Source: Mycobacteriales bacterium | Lineage (GTDB): Bacteria; Actinomycetota; Actinomycetes; Mycobacteriales; QHCE01 | Reading direction: 5' to 3' | Assembly: GCA_036268755.1 (NCBI GenBank) | Contig: DATATO010000059.1 | Coordinates: 1-38,157, forward strand | Length of the DNA stretch: 38,157 nt | Shown: positions 18,864-26,002 of the stretch, one piece after another | Numbering within the stretch: the stretch's first letter is position 1 | Layout of the letters: every line of letters begins with the position of its first letter | Program-made: the position numbers and the translations under genes | The notes under the pieces: generated by a model | Told to the model about the DNA's origin: nothing | Seen by the model: the letters and a program-made list of their open reading frames with translations, nothing else | Databases searched by the model: none

Positions 18864-19700
18864 ATGACGAATCAGAATTCCCGGCCCAAGATCATCCCCC
18901 GGTTCAGCTTTACGCAGATCGTCGCCAGTGCTTTGGCGGCGGGCTCTGCCGCGCTCGCCGCGCGATACCTCGGCCTGGTCGGCACCGTAGTGGGAGCCGC
19001 GATCATCGGGGCCATCGCGACCACCGCGACCACCGTCTATGAACATTCGCTTCGACGCACCAACGCAGCCCTGCACAGGGCTGCGAGCCGCTCCGCGCGA
19101 CGGGTGGAGGGTCTGGCCGCGACCATTCCGGTGTTGTCCCCGACGTCGAAGGCCCTCGTGCGGCTGACCGACCGTGGCGCTCCGGAAAAGCCGGAGACCA
19201 CGCTGCATTCCGGTGTTGAATGGGCCGCCGGGGAGCACATCAAACGTCCCGGCCGTTCCGCATCGAGCGTCGTCTCCGCCGAGACGAGCATGTTCAGCCG
19301 TGTCGTTACCCCGGCGCCGAGAAAGCCGATGCCGACGGTGACGCGATGGAAGCTCGCGGCCGGTCTCACGACGGCCGTCCTGGTCACGTCCATGACCACG
19401 GTCGCGGGTCTTCAGTTGGCCGGCGGGAGCTCGCTATCCGACCTTATGCACGGCTCGAGTAACGATTCCGGGTCGTCCAAGGGCCGCGTGACCGTGGAGC
19501 AGCCCATCATCGTGCAGAACACGTCGAATCGGCCGACGGTGCGGGTGACCGTCGGGCCGAGCCCTAGCCCCACCCAGCCAAGTTCCACCCAACCCACCAC
19601 ACCGACACCCTCCCAGCCCACGCCGTCCACCCCGGCGCCGTCAGCACCGCCCAGCGGTCCCAACGAGAGCTCGGCGCCGATCATTCCGCAGCTGAGGTAG
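18864..19700 (+). CDS. Hypothetical membrane protein with a Pro/Thr/Ser-rich C-terminal tail
   Basis: ATG at 18864. There are two hydrophobic segments. The tail reads PSPSPTQPSSTQPTTPTPSQPTPSTPAPSAPPSGP. The 3' end overlaps the convergent cobT-like gene by 20 nt. Confidence 0.55.
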   Translation: MTNQNSRPKIIPRFSFTQIVASALAAGSAALAARYLGLVGTVVGAAIIGAIATTATTVYEHSLRRTNAALHRAASRSARRVEGLAATIPVLSPTSKALVRLTDRGAPEKPETTLHSGVEWAAGEHIKRPGRSASSVVSAETSMFSRVVTPAPRKPMPTVTRWKLAAGLTTAVLVTSMTTVAGLQLAGGSSLSDLMHGSSNDSGSSKGRVTVEQPIIVQNTSNRPTVRVTVGPSPSPTQPSSTQPTTPTPSQPTPSTPAPSAPPSGPNESSAPIIPQLR

Positions 19701-20562
19701 CGTCGGGGCTGCCTGCCGCGGCCAGCGCGGTCTGCAACAGCGGAAGCAGGATGAGTGCCCCCATGCCGTGCCCGCACCGCAGTCCAAGGTCGGCCACCGG
19801 CTCAAGGCCGAGGGCGTCGAGCGCGAACCGCTCGGCGGCATCCCCGTGGCGCTGTGGCGCGAAGTAGCTCTGCGGCGCGAACAGGTTGAAACGCGACGCC
19901 ACCAAAGCGGCGGCTGCGGTGATCGCCCCGTCCAGCAGCACCGGTGTGGTGCGCTCCGCCAACTGGCGCAGCAGGCCCACCAGGATCGTGAACTGTGGGT
20001 CTCCCAGTTCGGCGAGCAGCTGCTCCGCGCCGAGGGTGCGTGCCCGCCAGCTGAGATCGCGAACCTGCCGGCAGCGCTGCATCCACCGTCCGTCGTCGAG
20101 GTAGGCGGTGTCGTGTTCTCCAGCCGCCGCAAGTCTGCGCTCGAATCCGAGTGCCCACCCGGGCTCCGTCGGGACCAGTACACATACCGCCGCCGCGGCG
20201 GCGGTATGTGTACTGGCGGCGGAATGCGCGAGGACCGGTATCACCAGGTCCGCGCCGCCGTCCACCGCCGCATCCGCGAGGCTTGCGCCGGCCTTCAGCA
20301 GCTCGATCACATCGGTTGGCGGGTCGTCGGTGGGAGCCGATAGGGTTTGGATGCCCGCCGGTCGCAGCCTGTCCCACGCGGTCAGGGCGGTCGGATCCCC
20401 AAAGGTGACGGCCGTGACCGCGGTGAAAGGGGTCACCGATGCGGCTGCCGCGCCGTCGCCGGGATTGCGTGCCAGCCGTGCCCATGTCACCCACGACATG
20501 AGCGAGCCGAGGCTTTCGGTCGACAGCGAGACCGGGCGTTGGGGGATATCGTGATGAGTCAC
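19681..20562 (-). CDS. CobT-like protein (nicotinate-nucleotide:DMB phosphoribosyltransferase family) with degenerate active-site motifs
   Basis: The overall pattern fits the CobT family (...DLVIPVLAHSAASTHTAAAAAV... and C-terminal LGLRCGHGMGALILLPLLQTA). However, GIGNTT is replaced by SAASTH, and the LGEG(T/S)GA catalytic Glu position reads CGHGMGA. Confidence 0.65.
   Translation of the reverse strand: MTHHDIPQRPVSLSTESLGSLMSWVTWARLARNPGDGAAAASVTPFTAVTAVTFGDPTALTAWDRLRPAGIQTLSAPTDDPPTDVIELLKAGASLADAAVDGGADLVIPVLAHSAASTHTAAAAAVCVLVPTEPGWALGFERRLAAAGEHDTAYLDDGRWMQRCRQVRDLSWRARTLGAEQLLAELGDPQFTILVGLLRQLAERTTPVLLDGAITAAAALVASRFNLFAPQSYFAPQRHGDAAERFALDALGLEPVADLGLRCGHGMGALILLPLLQTALAAAGSPDATSAAE
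20175..20216. repeat. Perfect 42-bp palindrome (21-bp arms, no spacer) inside the cobT-like CDS
   Basis: ccagtacacataccgccgccgcggcggcggtatgtgtactgg equals its own reverse complement, checked base by base. Flanking bases a(20174) and c(20217) break the symmetry. Confidence 0.95.
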
Positions 20563-20641
20563 AACCGAAAATGCTAGCGCTAGCCCGAAACCGGCACCGG
20601 CTCGTGCCGCGGCGTGCGCTACCGACGGGGAGTTGGCTGCA

Positions 20642-20860
20642 ATGAGCTGGGCTTGGCGTTATTTTGATGACACCCGTACGGCCGTCCTGCCGCGGCCCGA
20701 TCCGGACCTACCGGAACAGGCCTTCCCCAGCCAGTCCGACGCGGAGTCGTGGCTGGGCGAACATTGGCGGGAGCTGCGCGCCGCAGGGGTTTCCGACGTC
20801 GAGCTGCTCGAGTCGGATACAGTGCGGTACGAGATGTCCTTGGCCGCCGCGGACGATTAG
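20642..20860 (+). CDS. Small acidic hypothetical protein (~72 aa)
   Basis: The ATG at 20642 has GGGGAG upstream. It reads MSWAWRYFDD...SQSDAESWLGEHWRELRAAGVSDVELLE. I recognise no motif. Confidence 0.45.
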   Translation: MSWAWRYFDDTRTAVLPRPDPDLPEQAFPSQSDAESWLGEHWRELRAAGVSDVELLESDTVRYEMSLAAADD

Positions 20861-20870
20861 TCCGCCCGTC

Positions 20871-21812
20871 TCACAGTGACCGAGACCAGTCCTGTCCGAC
20901 CAGGTCGTGCCCCCAACTGTGGTGTGGACTCTCCCGATCGAGGTGGAAACCCGCTGCCTCGTAGATTCTGCGGGCGGACGCCAGGACGCTGTTCGTCCAC
21001 AAGGTGATGCGCCGGTAACCCGCGCGCTCGGCGAACCGCAGGCACTCATCGACCAGCTTGGTGCCGAGGCCCAATCCGCGCGCGGACGGCTCCACGAGGA
21101 GTAGCCGCAGCCGTGCCGTTGTATCATCTTCGGCCACACAGAATACGCAGCCCACCGGTTCGCCGTCGACCTCGGCGATCCAACCCGCCTCGCGTTGTGG
21201 GTCATGGTTGTCGACGTAGTCCGCCATGATCCGGGCCACCAGGGCTTCGAAGCTGATGCCCCAGCGGTATGCCGCAGCGTACAACGCGCCATGCCGCGCG
21301 ACAACCCAGCCGATATCTCCCGATGCCGGTGGCCGCAGTATGAATGCGCGCGGTGCCTGCGTTGGCTCCAGCGCGGCATTAATTGCCCCCATGGCCTTGA
21401 CCAGTTGGTTCCGCCGATCGAGGTCCAGCGGCACGATAAGCCGTTCTATTGCCGCCGCCTGAGCGGTGTCGACTTCGGCGAAGGCCGCGGCGCCGGCTTC
21501 GGTCAGGCGGACGATGTGCCGTCTCGCGTCCCCGGGTGACGTAGTTCGGGCTATCAGCCCGTTATCGATGAATCGTCGCAGGATGCGGCTGGAGTAACCG
21601 GCGTCGAGGTTCAGGAGCCGGCGCAGCTCCGTCACTTCGATCTCTGTGCGGCGGGCAATTTCGAAAAGTAGCCGGGCCTCAGTCAGCGTGTACGGAGTGC
21701 CCACGAAACTGGCACCCAATGCGCCGATCATTCGGGTGTAGAAGCGGTTGAATTCGCGTATCCGGGCAATGACCTCAAGGGACTGCGCGTCACCGGGGGT
21801 ATTAGTTGGCAT
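20871..21812 (-). CDS. MarR-type HTH regulator fused to a GNAT N-acetyltransferase
   Basis: The N-terminal half is MarR-like (FNRFYTRMIGAL...TLTEARLLFEIA...VTELRRLLNLDAGYSSRILRRFIDNGLI). The C-terminal half is GNAT-like (LLLVEPSARGLGLGTKLVDECLRFAERAGYRRITLWT). The internal ATG at 21812 is preferred over the ORF-track start at 21992. Confidence 0.85.
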   Translation of the reverse strand: MPTNTPGDAQSLEVIARIREFNRFYTRMIGALGASFVGTPYTLTEARLLFEIARRTEIEVTELRRLLNLDAGYSSRILRRFIDNGLIARTTSPGDARRHIVRLTEAGAAAFAEVDTAQAAAIERLIVPLDLDRRNQLVKAMGAINAALEPTQAPRAFILRPPASGDIGWVVARHGALYAAAYRWGISFEALVARIMADYVDNHDPQREAGWIAEVDGEPVGCVFCVAEDDTTARLRLLLVEPSARGLGLGTKLVDECLRFAERAGYRRITLWTNSVLASARRIYEAAGFHLDRESPHHSWGHDLVGQDWSRSL

Positions 21813-21982
21813 AGGCAAGATTATCGCTGACCGAGTCAACCGTTGGTTATAGGGTTCGGCTGGCCCCACCGAGGCGTTCGGTGAGGAATTAAACCTTATG
21901 GACAGCCTTTTCGTAAAATTCTGTGACGTATCATTCCAGGTCGCTACGTTCGGTTGCGTTACCCCCGCAGCTGGAGAAATAC

Positions 21983-22726
21983 ATGTATTCAATTCGATCG
22001 TTGCGCATCGGCGCGCGCAAACTTTTACTGGTGAGCACTCTCGTGCTGGCAGTTTTGCCGTTTCAGCTGGTTGCCACTAACCCAGCTCAGGCCTCGGCCG
22101 ACGCGATTTCCGGCGGAACGCTGCGAGTCATGCCGCTCGGAGACTCCATCACCGAGGGCAACGGCGAACAGGTGCCGGGCGCCTATCGTCCCGCGCTCTG
22201 GGATATCGCTGCGGAGTCGGGCAATTCGATTAACTTCGTGGGAAGTCAGCGCAGCGGGCCGGCGGACTTGCCGGACAAAGACCACGAGGGCTTTCCGGGG
22301 TTACAGATCCAAGAGATTGATGCCCGCGTTATGCCCGACATAAAGAAGTACCGGCCGGATGTCATCCTGCTCCACGCCGGGACAAATAACATTTGGCGCG
22401 ATGGTGAGCTTCCCACCCTGGCGCCGCAGCGGCTGTCCGCGCTGGTCGATCACATCGTTACGGCCGCTCCCCACGCTCGGGTCTACGTGGCGAGCATCGT
22501 GCCGTCGGTCGAACACGACGCGAACGTCCGCGCGTTCAACAAAACAATCCCGGGGATGGTCGCCGATAAGGCCTCCCACGGCGCCAAGGTTTTCTACGTC
22601 GATCAATATTCTCCATTGACCTTCGCCGACCTCATCGACGGCATCCACCCCAACAAACACGGCTACCGGATCATGGCCAAGCAATGGTGGGCCGCCATGC
22701 AGCAGCACGAAGAGCAGCTGCAGTAA
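21983..22726 (+). CDS. Secreted SGNH/GDSL-family hydrolase
   Basis: The ATG at 21983 follows GGAGA. The signal peptide is ...LVATNPAQASA. Block I is MPLGDSITEG, block III is LHAGTNN and block V is DGIHPN. Confidence 0.85.
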   Translation: MYSIRSLRIGARKLLLVSTLVLAVLPFQLVATNPAQASADAISGGTLRVMPLGDSITEGNGEQVPGAYRPALWDIAAESGNSINFVGSQRSGPADLPDKDHEGFPGLQIQEIDARVMPDIKKYRPDVILLHAGTNNIWRDGELPTLAPQRLSALVDHIVTAAPHARVYVASIVPSVEHDANVRAFNKTIPGMVADKASHGAKVFYVDQYSPLTFADLIDGIHPNKHGYRIMAKQWWAAMQQHEEQLQ

Positions 22727-22757
22727 GGATGTAGTAGCTACCAATTCAGTTGCAATA

Positions 22758-22798
22758 TAAAGGTGGGGCCGACGAGATTCTCGCCGGCCCCACCTTTA
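22758..22798. terminator. Strong bidirectional intrinsic terminator between the convergent SGNH and GT2 genes
   Basis: Positions 58-71 pair with 85-98 (14 bp, taaaggtggggccg/cggccccaccttta). One mismatch follows, then 4 more bp (cgag/ctcg), with a 3-nt loop. The flanks are A/T-rich on both sides (aatata ... aataat). Confidence 0.7.
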
Positions 22799-22808
22799 AT
22801 AATCTGTA

Positions 22809-24131
22809 CTACACCAGAGTGCTGTCGGTTTTTTCGGCTTCCAGCTTGCCGGCGGCCGACGGCACCGGCGCGTGCACTGCCCGCAGCGTCAGCAGGCTGG
22901 AGAACAGTCCGGCGCACCAGAAGACCACACCGAGCGCGATCGCGGTAGCGGAGGGCACCACCAGGCGGATCATGTCTCGGGGATCCAGGTTTCCGAAGCT
23001 CGCGTCGCCCCATTTGCTCACGGCGATACCGGTGCCTACGACACCGGCGGCGAACAGCACCAGGCCGATGACCACGCAGCGCTCCAACTTGAGCCACTTG
23101 GCCCACCAGGCCAACTGCTTGTTGCTGATCAGCCCCTCTGCCTTTCCATACAGTTTGGCGCAACCGCCCATGAGGAACAGTTGGGCCCCGACTAGGACCG
23201 CGAGGCAGGTATACACCAGCGCGCTGACGTCAAAGGTGATGTTGCCCAGCGACACTGGATGAATAGTGAGCGTGGCGGTGCCGATCATGCCGAGTATCGC
23301 CAGGATCGCTCCCGGCCAGACCAGCGTCTTGCGCGGCGCGAAGACGAGTAGGAACCGCAGGTGGCGCCAGCCGTCCCGCCACGTGCGCAGATGCGGCGGG
23401 CGACTACGGCCGTCGGGCCGCAGCGTGGTGGGAACCTCCACCATCGAGTACTTGGCGAGCGAGGCGCGCACCACGAGCTCGGAGGCGAACTCCATGCCGG
23501 GCATGCACAGATGCAGGTCGAGGATCCGGTCACGCCGGAAACCGCGGATCCCGCAGTGGAAGTCCTTGATGCCCTTCATGTCGAACAGCGTGCGCCCGAG
23601 CCAGCTCAGCACCGGATTACCCAGGTACTTGTGCAGCGGCGGCATGGCACCCTTGGCGATTCCGCCCTTGAACCGGTTACCCATTACGACGTCGTGGCCT
23701 TCGCGAAGCTTCTCGATGAATGGACCAAGGTTGGACAGGTCGTAGCTGTCGTCGGCGTCGGCCATGATCACGTAGGTGCCGTGCGCGCCGTCGATGCCCG
23801 CCATGAGCGCACCGCCGTAGCCGCGAATCGGGGCGTTGACGACGCGGGCGCCGTTGGCGATCGCGATCTCCTGCGAGCCGTCGGTGCTTCCGTTGTCCGA
23901 TACCACCACCTCACCGTTGACCCCGAGCTCGCGCAGCGAATTCACGGCCTTCTGGACACAGATGGCAAGCGTCTCCGCCTCGTTGAGACACGGCATGAGC
24001 ACCGTTACCTCAACGTTGCCGGCCGCAAGCCCGTCAGCGGACGTGGCGGCGGCCTGGATAGCCGAGATCGCGGTGGTTGCCGCCGCCGGTGGCGTCACGG
24101 GCGGGTTGGTCTTGTCTTTACTGTCAAGCAC
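22809..24131 (-). CDS. GT2-family glycosyltransferase with a C-terminal multi-TM domain (polyprenyl-phosphate sugar synthase type)
   Basis: The GT-A core is VTVLMPCLNEAETL...VVVSDNGSTDGS...ADADDSYD. About 4 hydrophobic helices follow. The GTG at 24131 is preceded by GGAGA, while the ORF-track TTG at 24149 has no SD. Confidence 0.85.
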   Translation of the reverse strand: MLDSKDKTNPPVTPPAAATTAISAIQAAATSADGLAAGNVEVTVLMPCLNEAETLAICVQKAVNSLRELGVNGEVVVSDNGSTDGSQEIAIANGARVVNAPIRGYGGALMAGIDGAHGTYVIMADADDSYDLSNLGPFIEKLREGHDVVMGNRFKGGIAKGAMPPLHKYLGNPVLSWLGRTLFDMKGIKDFHCGIRGFRRDRILDLHLCMPGMEFASELVVRASLAKYSMVEVPTTLRPDGRSRPPHLRTWRDGWRHLRFLLVFAPRKTLVWPGAILAILGMIGTATLTIHPVSLGNITFDVSALVYTCLAVLVGAQLFLMGGCAKLYGKAEGLISNKQLAWWAKWLKLERCVVIGLVLFAAGVVGTGIAVSKWGDASFGNLDPRDMIRLVVPSATAIALGVVFWCAGLFSSLLTLRAVHAPVPSAAGKLEAEKTDSTLV

Positions 24132-24165
24132 GTACGGTCTCCGATTCAACTTTGCACGTTAACTG

Positions 24166-25758
24166 CTATTTGCTCAGTACGCTATGGCCGCTGTGGTTGC
24201 GTGACGCCTGGTCACGCAGGGATGCCCAAAGCCGAGTTGTGGGCAGGGTATGCTGCAGGCTGATCCACGCCAGGGCGCCTGCTGGTGGAATGAGTACCAA
24301 AATGGGTACTCCATAGCGAATATCGAATTGTGACGTCGCGATTGCTATCACCAGCAGCGCCAGTGCAGATGCTCCGAGCAGCAACGCGTCCCAGCGTAAC
24401 GCCCATTGCCCATCCGCGCGAACCCGTCGCCGCTCGGTGCGTCGCGTCAGCAACAGTGGTGCGATGGCCGCCGCGATCACCAGTAGTAGGCAGAACGCGA
24501 GCGCGGGCCCAGGTGTGATGCCGCCGAAGTGTTGATAATCGCGCAGGAATGTGGCGCTCCAGCCGTCCCAGGTGTCCGGCTGTGCGCCGCGATGGTCGCC
24601 GAAACGGGAGTTGGCGACCGGGTTGGGTTCACAGTTCGGATTATGGGTGACCTTCTGGAACTGCCACAGCCCCGGGCAGGTGGTTCCGGGCGGCTCGTGG
24701 CGGTGCAAATAGAACTCGGGGGAGAAGAACGCCCAGGTTTCCCGAGCAACCAGCGCCGAGTAGTCCAGCGGCTGCTGCAGAATCACCTTGGCCGAGAAGG
24801 TGTAGGCGTATCGGCGCGGGACTTTGCCGACCGGGCTGTCGTGGCTCCACACGTAGTAGTCGACCTTATAGGCGTTGTCGTTCTCCGGCCGCGTACACAG
24901 CTTTTCTTCCTGCGGGTTTAGGTGCAGCGTCGGGCAGTCGGCGACCGACATCACCCGGCCATACATCCACCGGTCCGTCCAGGAGGAGATCGTGTACTGA
25001 CCGTAGTGGCTGTGGTACCAGGCCACGTATCCCATCATGGGAAGCACCATCGCCAGCAGCAGCGCGATGAAGGGCCGCCGGCCGGCGCGGTTGATCAGGA
25101 TGTACAACCCGGCCAGTGCCAACAGCGGCAGGGCGACGTTGCGGGTCAGGGTCGCGAGCGCCAAGAAGAGACCCGCCGCGAGCGCCAGCCGGGTGGTGAC
25201 CTTCTTCTCCCACAGCAGGCACAGGACGGCGCCCAGCAGCAGCACGCTGAACAGGCCGTCCGCCAGGATGTAATGCTCGACGACGAGCTCGTAGCCGTCC
25301 AGCGCCACCGGGGCGGCAGCCGCCGTTGCCAGCCAGCGGGCGCCGCCCTTGCGCCGGACCAGGACGTAGACGCCGACGGCGCAGCCGAGGCCGAGCAGAT
25401 GCTGGACGGTGATCACGGGCCAGATGGAATCCGTCCAACGGAACAGGTTCAGGAACCCGGAATAGCCATATGGCCGAATTGCCTGGGGGTAGCCTCGGTC
25501 GGCGTACTCGAAATAGCCGCGGGTGTCGGAGAAATAGAAAGCGGGGCCGTAGCCGGCCGAGATCAGCCCGCGCAGCAGTGCCCCTACGAGGACCACGACG
25601 CTGACGGCGGGGTTGGTGCGGACCGCACCCGCGCCGCGGCGGATCAACCGGGCCAACGGGTTCGCACGCCTCGTGTCACCCGACTGTGGGCGTGCCGAAC
25701 TCAACGCTGTGGGATTGTCCGCCACGGTGTCCTTGGTGGGCGACATGGTGTCAGACAC
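24166..25758 (-). CDS. Polytopic GT-C-type membrane glycosyltransferase (ArnT/PMT/GT39-like)
   Basis: 530 aa with more than 8 predicted TM segments. An early loop carries FSDTRGYFEYADRG, and there is a large extracytoplasmic loop. The GTG at 25758 is preceded by GAGAGG. The family call rests on architecture and is tentative. Confidence 0.65.
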   Translation of the reverse strand: MSDTMSPTKDTVADNPTALSSARPQSGDTRRANPLARLIRRGAGAVRTNPAVSVVVLVGALLRGLISAGYGPAFYFSDTRGYFEYADRGYPQAIRPYGYSGFLNLFRWTDSIWPVITVQHLLGLGCAVGVYVLVRRKGGARWLATAAAAPVALDGYELVVEHYILADGLFSVLLLGAVLCLLWEKKVTTRLALAAGLFLALATLTRNVALPLLALAGLYILINRAGRRPFIALLLAMVLPMMGYVAWYHSHYGQYTISSWTDRWMYGRVMSVADCPTLHLNPQEEKLCTRPENDNAYKVDYYVWSHDSPVGKVPRRYAYTFSAKVILQQPLDYSALVARETWAFFSPEFYLHRHEPPGTTCPGLWQFQKVTHNPNCEPNPVANSRFGDHRGAQPDTWDGWSATFLRDYQHFGGITPGPALAFCLLLVIAAAIAPLLLTRRTERRRVRADGQWALRWDALLLGASALALLVIAIATSQFDIRYGVPILVLIPPAGALAWISLQHTLPTTRLWASLRDQASRNHSGHSVLSK

Positions 25759-26002
25759 GACACCTCTCTTTGACTCGGATGCGCGGCCTCGTCGCCGGAC
25801 GGCGAACTGCGAGCACGGCTATAGAAAGAAAGTCAGATACCTAGATCAGCCTTTCATATTACCGAGTATGGGCTGCCGAGAGTGCTCGAGGCCGGCTGGG
25901 TGGTGACCGGGCGGCACAGACCTGTGTCCACATAGGGATTTGGCGCCGGCACTTTCGGTCGGAGACGTCGGCGACCAGGGTTAACTCGCGTACGGTAGAT
26001 GC

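Noticed and set aside
19555-19680. Possible tandem DNA repeat in the Pro/Thr/Ser-rich tail of the 18864-19700 protein.
   Set aside because: This is compositionally biased (cca/ccc/acc codons), with no fixed repeat unit or period that I could align. It is low-complexity coding sequence rather than a repeat array.
21813-21982. MarR operator in the divergent MarR-GNAT/SGNH promoter region.
   Set aside because: I found only a 9-nt palindrome (caaccgttg) and an 8-nt direct repeat (cgttcggt, twice). Neither convincingly resembles a 16-20 bp MarR dyad, so no site is called.
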